Source of the DNA: an uncultured bacterium
Lineage (GTDB): Bacteria > Zixibacteria > MSB-5A5 > GN15 > FEB-12
Assembly (NCBI GenBank): GCA_965603125.1
Contig: CBFDBU010000010.1
Span: forward strand, 8,734 to 72,733
Direction: 5' to 3'
DNA: 64,000 bases
Every line of letters starts with the position of its first letter. Position 1 is the stretch's first letter. Below are positions 28,568 through 37,600 of the stretch, piece after piece. The notes under the pieces are model-generated. The model worked only from the letters and a program-made list of their open reading frames with translations. It ran no database searches and had not been told where the DNA came from. A program made the translations under genes and the position numbers.

Positions 28568-29526
28568 GAAGCAAAATGACAGAATATCTCAAAAAAACCG
28601 TCTGGCCGCTCTGCGCGGGGGCACTGATGATCGCCTCCTGCGGGAAAGAGGAAGCGGAAACACCGAAGCCTCAACCCGCCGAGGAACATGTAGTAGTGCC
28701 TGCCGAGCCGGTTATTCACGTCGACACGCTGATGCCGCCCACTATCGAATCGTATGACCTCCTGCTTACCGACGCCGTGACAACCGTGCCGGCATCCGGT
28801 ATCGAAGACTACGTCGGCGAGACTGCGCGCGACTATACGGCCTACGGAGCACTGGCTCTGGCATCGGCCACGTACACGGTAAAGCAGATTCCGGTCTATG
28901 CCGAGGTCGTCCAGTTTCTCACGCCCGTGGATGCGTACGGATTCTATGCTCGCCTGAGACCCGACGGCATTGAGTTGCTGTCTCTCGGCGCCGAGGGATA
29001 CGCTAACGGCAACAGCCTGTATTTCACAGCCGGGGAATACGCCGTCACCGTGTCGGTACAGGAAGATACAAAAGAACAGCATGAGGCCAGGTCGCTGCTG
29101 GCGCACGAGATCAACAGCCGCATTACACAATGCCTGACGCCACAGTTCTTCCTTTTGTTTCCCTCCAACCACCGGGTCCTTCCCTCCATGAAGTACTACA
29201 CCAATCAGTACTTGGGGATCGCCGGGATCGACTCGGTCTATACCATCTCGTACCTGATGGAAGGCGACTCGGCGGTGTTCTTTCTCACCGTTGATCTAAC
29301 CGGCAAGAAGTACATCGGGCTGAAAGAGTATGCCCGCTCCCTGGGCGAAATAACCCCGGCGCCGGAATCGTTTCCTTACTACGAGCGCAGCGGCTTCATC
29401 TTTGATCATCCCGACCACGGACGGATAGTGGCCGGCCTGGTGCGCGGCAAGCTGGTGGGGATTGTCCCCTACCGGCATGAAAGCTACGAACATCTCGGTT
29501 CACTTTGGGTGACAGGACTTCTTTAG
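28564..29526 (+). CDS. lipoprotein of unknown function, last gene of the exosortase operon
   Basis: It has an ATGA overlap with the upstream gene and the lipobox LMIASCGKEE. No family was recognised. Confidence 0.45.
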   Translation: MRSKMTEYLKKTVWPLCAGALMIASCGKEEAETPKPQPAEEHVVVPAEPVIHVDTLMPPTIESYDLLLTDAVTTVPASGIEDYVGETARDYTAYGALALASATYTVKQIPVYAEVVQFLTPVDAYGFYARLRPDGIELLSLGAEGYANGNSLYFTAGEYAVTVSVQEDTKEQHEARSLLAHEINSRITQCLTPQFFLLFPSNHRVLPSMKYYTNQYLGIAGIDSVYTISYLMEGDSAVFFLTVDLTGKKYIGLKEYARSLGEITPAPESFPYYERSGFIFDHPDHGRIVAGLVRGKLVGIVPYRHESYEHLGSLWVTGLL

Positions 29527-29758
29527 CGCAGGCGGGGCATTTCCTAGGGCATGGTTTCGCTGGTTGGGTGGGGAGTTTGGAGTTTGATTTGTCTCGCCAC
29601 CTTATCTGTAAGTCTATATCCCACAATAAGCTCGAATGATGTGCAACCGTTTTGGTCACTATCTGGCTACAATGAATTCTTTGAAAAGAGTAATTCTGCG
29701 GGTATGTTTACACTTGATTATCGATCTCAAATAGAGTACATTTGTACCGATAATCGTA

Positions 29759-30433
29759 TTGTATGTATCGAAAGCAGAATCGGTTGTATCAAAAATGTGT
29801 CCAAGCGAACCAAAAAGCAAACCGCTGATCGGCATCGGGTCCGGAATCGGTGAGGCTCTGTTTCCCAAGATTCGCAGAAAGGTTCTTGCGCTGTTTCTGC
29901 TTAATCCCGAAAAGCACTTTTATTTCAGGGAAACGGTTAGACTGCTGGGGGATACACCCGGTTCGCTTCTGCGCGAACTCAAATCGTTGACGGAAGCTGG
30001 GATCCTCACTATGGAGCCGATCGGCATCCAAAAGTTCTATCGGGCGAACACTGAAAGTCCCGTATTCAGCGAGTTGAGATCAATTGCCGAGAAGACATTC
30101 GGAGTAGCTGATGTATTCCGCGACGTTCTCCGCACTCAGGGAAAGGAACAAATCGACGTCGCCTGCATCTATGGTTCAATTGCCAGTGGTCACGATACTA
30201 GCTCCAGCGACATTGATCTGATGGTAATCGGCTCATTGCCGTTTCGTGAACTGGTGTCCATTCTGAAGCCGATTGAAGAGAACATGCAGCGACCGGTGAA
30301 TCCAACGCTTTATTCGATTGTTGAGTTTAAGACCAAAGTGCGCCAAAAGAACAATTTCCTTCACAATGTAATGGAATCTGAAAAACTGTTCATATTGGGG
30401 ACCAAGGATGACCTTGCAAGACTGGCTGAATAA
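29759..30433 (+). CDS. winged-HTH plus minimal nucleotidyltransferase (MNT-type) protein
   Basis: The wHTH segment is RRKVLALFLLNPEKHFYFRETVRLLGDTPGSLLRELKSLTEAGIL. The pol-beta NTase motif is IYGSIASGHDTSSSDIDLMVIG (G-S-x(n)-D-x-D). The start is uncertain (29759 or MCPSE at 29795). Confidence 0.7.
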   Translation: MYVSKAESVVSKMCPSEPKSKPLIGIGSGIGEALFPKIRRKVLALFLLNPEKHFYFRETVRLLGDTPGSLLRELKSLTEAGILTMEPIGIQKFYRANTESPVFSELRSIAEKTFGVADVFRDVLRTQGKEQIDVACIYGSIASGHDTSSSDIDLMVIGSLPFRELVSILKPIEENMQRPVNPTLYSIVEFKTKVRQKNNFLHNVMESEKLFILGTKDDLARLAE

Positions 30434-30842
30434 CGGTTGGCTTAAACGACATACCTCGAGCCCGCAGGAAATCAAAGACTTGCTTGACAAGGTCGATCGG
30501 GATATTGCTGAGGCTGCAAAAGAAGAGATCACGCTCGACTGGAGATTGGCGATAGCTTACAATGCCTGTCTCGGCTGTGCGACAATTGCTCTGCGAGCGA
30601 GCGGCTATCGAATGCCAGGAGGCACAGGCCGGCACTATCGAACGATTCAATCATTGAGATTCACTATTAATCCAGATTCCGACATTATCATATCGCTGGA
30701 AGCGACCAGCAAGAAGAGAGCTACGGTCAGTTACGATGCCGCCGGAAGGGTGACTGAGGCCGAGGTTGAAGAAGCACGGAGGCTCGCCGAAGATATTCTT
30801 GAGCTTCTTCAGCGATGGCTGGATGAGCGTCTTTCGACTTAA
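30408..30842 (+). CDS. HEPN-like helical partner of the nucleotidyltransferase (putative toxin of an MNT/HEPN pair)
   Basis: 144 aa with a 26-nt overlap with the NTase gene. The segment SPQEIKDLLDKVDRDIAEA....LDWRLAIAYNACLGCATIALRASGYR....GRHYRTIQSL resembles HEPN-type four-helix proteins. I could not see a canonical R-x4-6-H motif. Confidence 0.4.
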   Translation: MTLQDWLNNGWLKRHTSSPQEIKDLLDKVDRDIAEAAKEEITLDWRLAIAYNACLGCATIALRASGYRMPGGTGRHYRTIQSLRFTINPDSDIIISLEATSKKRATVSYDAAGRVTEAEVEEARRLAEDILELLQRWLDERLST

Positions 30843-30863
30843 CCCCCTTATAGCGGATTACCT

Positions 30864-31481
30864 ATGAAACTCTCGTTCTGGTGTGAGGGTGAAAACATAA
30901 GCATTGCTTTTCGGGAAGTCCGACTCAAGTTCGAAGATGTGGTTTACCAAAATGTGTTTATCTGCAAGAACAATAGGACCGTAGCGCAAACAATCCTGCA
31001 CAAGCGCTATCAGAATCTGGCGTCGCGTGCGAAGCAGGATTACTCTCAAGCGCTACAGATACCAATAGGAACCTTCCTTTTGAACTTGAAGAATCAAGGC
31101 GATGCCTTCTACAAAGAATTTCTGAATGACTGCGGCGACCTCGTGTATTGTAGGTTTTGCATAGCTGACGAGGAACGGCGAAAGAAGCGGGGTATTTACA
31201 TTTATACCGTCGGTAAAGAAATCCGGTATGTAGGCCGGTGTTTGAATTCGTTTGAAAGGCGGATCAACAACGGACATGGACGTATTTCACCCAAAAGCTG
31301 CTTTATCGATGGTCAGAAGACAGATTGCCACCTGAACAACCTTGCGCTAAAGAACAAGGACAAATTGCAGTTGTTCGCTGCCGTAATTAAAGATGCGGAG
31401 CGAATTAAGAAACTCGAACGCTGCATGATAAGAGAGTGTAACCCACTCTGGAATATCGCCCTTAGGCGCGGAAAGAACTGA
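30864..31481 (+). CDS. GIY-YIG-like nuclease domain protein
   Basis: 205 aa. The C-terminal half reads KKRGIYIYTVGKEIRYVGRCLNSFERRINNGHG...KLERCMIRECNPLWNI. That gives GIY...YVG spacing, a conserved Arg, and later Glu and Asn. The N-terminal ~100 aa are unassigned. Confidence 0.5.
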   Translation: MKLSFWCEGENISIAFREVRLKFEDVVYQNVFICKNNRTVAQTILHKRYQNLASRAKQDYSQALQIPIGTFLLNLKNQGDAFYKEFLNDCGDLVYCRFCIADEERRKKRGIYIYTVGKEIRYVGRCLNSFERRINNGHGRISPKSCFIDGQKTDCHLNNLALKNKDKLQLFAAVIKDAERIKKLERCMIRECNPLWNIALRRGKN

Positions 31482-31725
31482 CTAAGAGTATGATGAATGC
31501 GACCTGCACCATGTGAGTCTTGACCCAAAGTGGTGTCCACATGCCGTAAATAAATGCCAAGCCTGACTGCTGTCAAGGATTCTATCTACAGGCAAACAGC
31601 GATACGCCAATGATTCACACGCTGAATCAGATGTCCGGGCTGAACTGGCTGACGCTCACACCCTGATGCTGGATGCCGGGCTGTGCCGCTCGTAGGCGGC
31701 CAAGGCCAGATGTCGGTAACTCCTG

Positions 31726-32154
31726 CTACTCATCGCTGCCCGCGACAACTGAGCCATCGCCGGTATCGATGATCCATGCCGTCCAACGACGATACCCGGC
31801 TCTGGCCTTCACTTTGTAGATGTGGTCGGCCCGGGCAAAAAACTCCAGCACAACAGGGGCGCTTGATGTCCCTTTCCGTGACCGATAGTTCACCGTCACC
31901 GAATGATGACCGGGGAGCAGCTCCACGTATTTCTTGTTTATGGCGAAATGACCCTTGTCGTAAGAGTCGATCGCCGTCACGTGGACGCTCTTATGAGACA
32001 GGTCGAGCCGGGCGACCTGATGCGAAGCCCGTGGGGGACCTTCATACAGCACGAGCGTCCCCTTGGCACCACACGATACAAGTACCAGCAGCAGAGAAAC
32101 ACATACGCCTTCAATAAGCGCAACGGCGCGGGCTGCTTGATTTCTATGAGTCAC
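31726..32154 (-). CDS. small lipoprotein, unknown function
   Basis: It has the lipobox LVLVSCGAKG, is 142 aa and beta-rich, and has host-like GC. Confidence 0.4.
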   Translation of the reverse strand: MTHRNQAARAVALIEGVCVSLLLVLVSCGAKGTLVLYEGPPRASHQVARLDLSHKSVHVTAIDSYDKGHFAINKKYVELLPGHHSVTVNYRSRKGTSSAPVVLEFFARADHIYKVKARAGYRRWTAWIIDTGDGSVVAGSDE

Positions 32155-32274
32155 TTGTGACTTCTTTCTCCGGGCTTGGCATAATAGCAGGATCGCGCGG
32201 ATCCTGCCGTTCTATTTGGCAGGCTTACCGGGATGCTGCCTATGAACGATGCCGCGCCGGGGCGGCGATCTATA

Positions 32275-32347
32275 AGCGGGAGACGGGGTTCGAACCCGCG
32301 ACCAACAGCTTGGAAGGCTGTGACTCTGCCACCTGAGTTACTCCCGC
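32275..32347 (-). tRNA. tRNA-Gly (anticodon TCC)
   Basis: The reverse complement is GCGGGAGTAACTCAGGTGGCAGAGTCACAGCCTTCCAAGCTGTTGGTCGCGGGTTCGAACCCCGTCTCCCGCT. The acceptor stem is GCGGGAG/CTCCCGC. The anticodon stem is ACAGC/GCTGT with loop CTTCCAA, and the T-loop is TTCGAAC. It is 73 nt with discriminator U. Confidence 0.9.
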
Positions 32348-32517
32348 TTGCGGTTGACAAGCTATCCTTGATGGCCCGCGTTGGCAAGCGCTTTTTGCTG
32401 CGTCCTGGCTGATGTGGGCGTCGGTCACAGGCAGCCACGCGTAATATCAGGACCGGTTGCTTGTAACGAAAGCAGTCACGAGAACCGGCGCGCAACACCT
32501 GTTTCCCAAAGAATCGG

Positions 32518-32546
32518 TTGAAATCTCAGCCGGGATTATATAAAAT
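32518..32546 (+). promoter_or_regulatory. sigma-70-like promoter (TTGAAA-17 nt-TAAAAT) in front of the cysteine-synthase stub
   Basis: TTGAAA lies at 32518-32523, followed by a 17-nt spacer and TAAAAT at 32541-32546, 23 nt upstream of ATG 32569. The consensus used is the E. coli type, which may not apply to this lineage. Confidence 0.3.
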
Positions 32547-32568
32547 GGGATGCCCTTGAGACAAGACC

Positions 32569-32742
32569 ATGCGAACTTACGAATCCGTCTTAGACGTGAT
32601 CGGCCGCACACCGCTCCTGAGACTAAGGACCGGCTTTCCGCCGGACGACCCCAGAGCCTACGTGAAGGTCGAGTTTCTCAACCCGACCGGGTCGGTAAAA
32701 ACGCTGATGGCCTTGACTTTGGATTCGGATAGCGTATATTGA
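32569..32742 (+). pseudogene. 5' fragment (57 codons) of a cysteine synthase / PLP-dependent CysK-CysM family gene
   Basis: My translation is MRTYESVLDVIGRTPLLRLRTGFPPDDPRAYVKVEFLNPTGSVKTLMALTLDSDSVY-stop. It matches the family N-terminus (IG.TPL..L......KLE..NP.GSVK with the PLP lysine) and then stops. The remaining ~250 aa are absent. Confidence 0.55.
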
Positions 32743-32800
32743 CAATGCCAAACATTGCCGTATCCCCCCTCCCCCGGTATGTTTGGTGTCTATTACTCTG

Positions 32801-32833
32801 CCCCCCGGCGCCCGCCGGGGGGTTTCTCTTTTT
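32801..32833 (+). terminator. rho-independent terminator (plus strand)
   Basis: CCCCCCGG-CGCCCG-CCGGGGGG is followed by TTTCTCTTTTT. The T-tract occurs only in the plus orientation. Confidence 0.6.
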
Positions 32834-33279
32834 GTTCACATTGTCCTGTCGGGCAATGTGACTTCTCAGATACTCTGCCGGCATTGTGGTCCGAGAACCA
32901 TCGCCACCATGCCCGCACCCCGTGCCCTAACGGTTAATGTTGCCTGCCCTCGACTTAACTACTTGCCTCTCTGTCTCTTCATTCCCCTCTTGTCCCCCCT
33001 CCGGTCAAGAGGAATCACTCTATATATCCATGACCGCTCGTTGCTTCTCGGTGTTCCAGTGAACAGTGCCACATAGCCACACAATCGCTGCTGTGGGCCT
33101 CGGGTGGCACTGTCCACAGGCACATTGCAGTGTCAATACATGCAAAGCGTGTGCCGAGCGTCACGCATAGGCCGATCCCCATATCTCGTAGCGAGACAAC
33201 CAGTTCCCACGCGGCCTCCCGACTCAGATATTGATTCGGGTCAAACGCACCCGTTTTGGCGGCTGCAATGCCGGTAGAA

Positions 33280-34629
33280 TCAACCGTGGTCGATCCGAAG
33301 TTCCCTGAGCATTTTCCGCAGGTTCGAAGGATCCAGACGGAGTTCGCGGGCAGCGGCGCTGACCTTATTGTCGTTGCGAGCGAGAGCCTGAACCAGGACA
33401 AGCTTCTTGAAGTCGCGCATGCGGTCACTCAGGCCGCCGTGAGGCTTGCCCTGGTGTCCGGAGTAGGACAGATACGCAGCCACCTCATGGCGCGTGATCA
33501 GATGCGAGAGCGTCAGATCGATCAGAGACTGGACAGTGTCGAGAAGTTGCCGGACGTTGCCCGGCCAGTCGTACTCGATGAGAAGATCGCGTGCTGACGG
33601 TTCAAAGACCTTGACAACCATGTCGGTTTCCCGGCAGTAGCTGTCGGTGAAGTAGTCGATAAGATCCGGGATATCTTCGCGACGATCCTTGAGGGGCGGC
33701 AGAGTGATCTGGATTCCTTTCAAGCGGTAGTAAAGATCTTCCCGGAATGTTTTCTCAGCGACCAACCTGTCCAGGTCGGAATTGGTCGCGCAGATCAGGC
33801 GCACGTCAACATGGATCGTCTCCGGCGATCCGATTCGCTGCAATTCCCCGGTCTCTAATACGCGTAAGAGCTTGCCCTGAGTGGTTATATCGAGATTGCC
33901 GATCTCATCAAGGAAAATAGTGCCGCCGTGAGCGTACTCGAACATGCCGATGCGATCGGCCACGGCGCCGGTGAAGGAACCTTTCAAATGACCGAACAGT
34001 TCGCTCGCGACCAGATCGGGAGCTTTATGATTGCAGTTAAACACGACCAGCTTCAGGACGGACCGTTTGCTGCGACTGTGAATCGCGCGCGCGACAAGTT
34101 CCTTGCCGGAGCCGGTCGGCCCCAAGATCATGACTTTGCTGTCGGTGGGGCCGATCTTTTCGATAGTCCGGAAGATCCGGCACATAACGTCGGACCGTCC
34201 CACTATCCCGAAGTGCTCTCGGGCGAATTCGATCATTTCGGCGCCACGGGTCTTGAGGTGGTGGAAAGACACGGCGTTTTGCACCGAGCGAATAAGGCGG
34301 GCGGGGCGTTCGTTCTTGCCGATGTAATCAAACGGCCGATGCTGTTTGTCCATTGCGTCTGCTGAGTACTCACCGGGATACCCGGTGTGAAAGATCAGGG
34401 GAACGTCGGGATCCATTTCCCGTATGCGGGAGGCAGTCTCCAGCCCGTCCATTCTTGCCATTCTGATGTCGAGGATGATGGTATCCAGGTCATTGTGGTC
34501 TCCCAGCGCGGCCAGGCCCTCTTCGCCTGATGAGGCCAAGACTACGTCGTAATCGTCGAGAAACGTCTGGTGCAGCGCCTCGAGGACCAAGTGGTCATCG
34601 TCTATTATGAGAATTTTGCCCTGCTTCAC
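33280..34629 (-). CDS. sigma54-dependent response regulator (REC plus AAA+ plus Fis-type HTH; NtrC family)
   Basis: 449 aa. REC: KILIIDDDHLVLEAL...LDIRMARMDG. AAA+: Walker A ILGPTGSGKELVARAIH, the GAFTGA-like loop GSFTGA, and Walker B TIFLDEIG. The C-terminal HTH is NKVSAAARELRLDPSNLRKMLRELRI. Confidence 0.9.
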   Translation of the reverse strand: MKQGKILIIDDDHLVLEALHQTFLDDYDVVLASSGEEGLAALGDHNDLDTIILDIRMARMDGLETASRIREMDPDVPLIFHTGYPGEYSADAMDKQHRPFDYIGKNERPARLIRSVQNAVSFHHLKTRGAEMIEFAREHFGIVGRSDVMCRIFRTIEKIGPTDSKVMILGPTGSGKELVARAIHSRSKRSVLKLVVFNCNHKAPDLVASELFGHLKGSFTGAVADRIGMFEYAHGGTIFLDEIGNLDITTQGKLLRVLETGELQRIGSPETIHVDVRLICATNSDLDRLVAEKTFREDLYYRLKGIQITLPPLKDRREDIPDLIDYFTDSYCRETDMVVKVFEPSARDLLIEYDWPGNVRQLLDTVQSLIDLTLSHLITRHEVAAYLSYSGHQGKPHGGLSDRMRDFKKLVLVQALARNDNKVSAAARELRLDPSNLRKMLRELRIDHG

Positions 34630-34662
34630 CGTCTGCCGCAGTCTTCTGAGGATTAAACGAAC

Positions 34663-37600
34663 TCAGTCTGACATGAGAAATATAACAAATTTTGTCCCCT
34701 TGTCAATCTCAGATTCGACGGCAACGTCACCGTCGTACAGTTCAGCTATCTTCCTGACCATAGCCAACCCCAGGCCGGTGCCGAAGGTCGGCTTCGTGCT
34801 GTAAAACGCGTCGAATACTCGCGGTATTTCTTCGCCGGGGATGCCGCATCCGGTGTCGGCGAACTCCACCTTGAGGCGTTGGCCTTCCTTCCGAGCTGAA
34901 ATGTCCAGAACGCGCACCGGGGTGTCCCGCATGGCATCCAGGGCATTGACCGTCAGGTTGTTAAACAGGCTGTGAACATGTGGCCGGAAGCTCCGCAAGG
35001 TGAAATGATCCGCGATCTCGAGGTTAACGCTGACGCCCAATTCATGAATACGCAGCTCATGACTCTCCAGGACCTCCAGGAGGACCGACCGCAGGTTGAC
35101 CCCCTCAGTCTTCTTCTGCGACTCAAGTTTCGAGAACTGGGTCACCAGTCCGGTCATGTCGATTGCCCGCTCCACGGCGCTCTCGGTCAGGCCCAGCAGC
35201 TTTCGGTTGCGACGGATTTCCTCCACCTCCCCGAGGTGGAGCCGCTCTTTCAGCTTGTGAAGGCTGCTGGTGGCGGGGAAGAGGGCGTTGTAAATCTCGT
35301 GCGCCACGCCACCGGCAATCCGCTTGACCTGGTCATATCGTTCCCTGTTGGCTGCGGCCAGTTTTCTCTCTGCTTCTCGGTGCTTGGTGATGTCAATGAT
35401 GATCCCCCTCAGGCCCGCTGCGCTGCTGTCGACAACGATCCGATCGGTGTAGATCATGACCGGGAAGGTGCTACCGTCCTTCCTGAGCACAGTGTATTCA
35501 CTGCCGCTGATCCCATCCCCGTTGAGCGTCCTGTCTATGTCTTCCCGGACCCTGTCGCGGTCCTCGGAAACAAACAGATCGAGAGCATTCAAGCCCTTAT
35601 CCAGGTCTGTCTTCGCGTAACCGGTGGTCTCGAAACCATGCTGGTTGGCGAAGGTGAAACTGCCGTCGCGGTCCATTTCGAACAGAGTCAGGGGCAGAAG
35701 TTCGGCCAATTCACGGAACTTCTTCTCGCTCTTGCGAAGCGCCTCCTCCGCTACTCTGCGCATAGTCACATCATGGGCAATGACAAGCGCGGCCGTCGTT
35801 GTGCCCTGGGCATCCCGGTACGGCTGAAGGTTAGTATGGAACCACCGCCACCGGCCGTCGACAAAGCTTCTGGACTCCGTGGTGAGTTCCGTTTTGGATT
35901 CGATAACACGGCGGATATTCCGCATCTGTCTGTCGGCTACGTCCTTCGGAAAGAGGTCCCATTGCGATTTGCCGGCAATCTCGTCCGATTTCCGGTTAAG
36001 CGCCCTTGCGGCATTCTCGTTGACGAAAAGGAACTTGCCTTCCCAACTGACCAGGGCGATGGCGGCCCCGACGTTCTGTACCAGCAGACGGTATTTCTCT
36101 TCGCTTGCGCGGATGGCCTCTTCAGCGCGTATGCGTTCGGTTACGTCGCGACAGAACCCAATGACTGCGTCCTGGCCGCCGAACTTCTGTCGCGAACTGC
36201 TGATATCAACATAGATCACTCTGCCGTCCTTGCGCACCATGGGCAGCTGCGATACGAGGCGACGGGCATCGATGGTTGCACGCCGGAACTCAGAAAGGGC
36301 GTGCTGAACCTGTGACTTGGGGATAAGATCGCCCACGCGCATCTGCAGCAACTCTGTCCGGGAGTATCCCAACATGCGGCACATCGCAGGATTGGCGTAG
36401 ATGTATTTCCGGGTTTTCGCGCCGGCGGCCAGAATGCCGTCCGTAGACGATTCGGCCAGCGTAACGTAGCGCTGATCGCTTTCCCTGAGAGCCTGGTGAG
36501 CCAATCTGCGCTCCGTGATATCCTGGCCCACGGCAATAGCGGTGAGCTCCTCCGAGTCGGCTGAAAAGAGAGCCGAATTGGACCACAGAATGGTCCTGGT
36601 TTCACCAGACCTTGTCCTGAGCGGGCCTTCATACATGTTGCGGGGGTTCTGCCTCACCCAGTCAGCGAAACTCATCGGGTGATGGTGATGGTGTTCGGTG
36701 GGCAGGAATATCTCCGGCCAGCTCTTGCCGATGACTTCCTCGCGCGAGTACCCGGTGACCTTCTCGATCTCCCGGTTGAAGACCGTTATCCTGGCCTGGC
36801 CGTCAAGGCAGACAATCAGGCTGTTGGCCGTATCCAAGAGCGAGTGTATGAAATCTCGTTCGCTCTGAAGTTCCTGCTGTGTTTGAACCAGGGCAGTGAT
36901 GTCACGCGAAATCACGAGAACCGACGCAACGGCGTTCGCCTTGTCCCTGATCGGTTCCATGCTGGTAAGGTATCGGGTCTTCTTGCCCTGCGACTCAATG
37001 TCCGACTCAAAAACGACACCGCTCCCGGTCTCGAATACTCCGGTAATGCGCTCTATGAACTGGGATGCCTGATCATGGAGCATGCAGTCCCGTATCGTGC
37101 TTCCGATGAGTTCCCGAGGGTCCCGGCCGAACACTTCGGCGCTGACATTATTGAGGTATAAGAAAACTCCTTCGCGGTCTACGGTGAAGATCGCCTCATG
37201 GGCGCTCTCCACCAGGGTGCGATATCTCTGTTCGCTTACCCTCAGGGCCTCATCCGTTCGTTCTCTCTGCGTGATGTCACGCGCCACGCCCTCCGACCCG
37301 ATAACGACGCCGTCTCTGTCTCTTAAGAGGGTGGCGCTGATACTCACGATCACGCGGCGACCGTCGCGGGCGATGAGTTCGGCATCGAAGTCGGTTACCT
37401 TACCGGATTGTCTCAGGAGCCGGTTGTACTGCTCGCGCCGGTCAGGATCTGCGTAAAAGCTGCGGGCCTCCTTGCCCACCATATCATCCTGAGAATCATA
37501 GCCCAGGACTCGGACGCCACCCGGAGACACCCACTGGACGCGACCGTGTGAGTCGATCTTGAAAAAGATATCCTGAGTGCTTTCTAAGATGGAGCGGAGT

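Noticed and set aside
32151-32498. A 115-aa minus-strand ORF.
   Set aside because: It runs straight through tRNA-Gly(TCC), so it is spurious.
33015-33428. A 137-aa minus-strand ORF spanning the regulator's 3' end and the downstream spacer.
   Set aside because: Its upstream half overlaps the response regulator gene out of frame. The downstream Cys-rich part (MGIGLCVTLGTRFACIDTAMCLW...) has no recognisable family or RBS, so I cannot support it as a gene.
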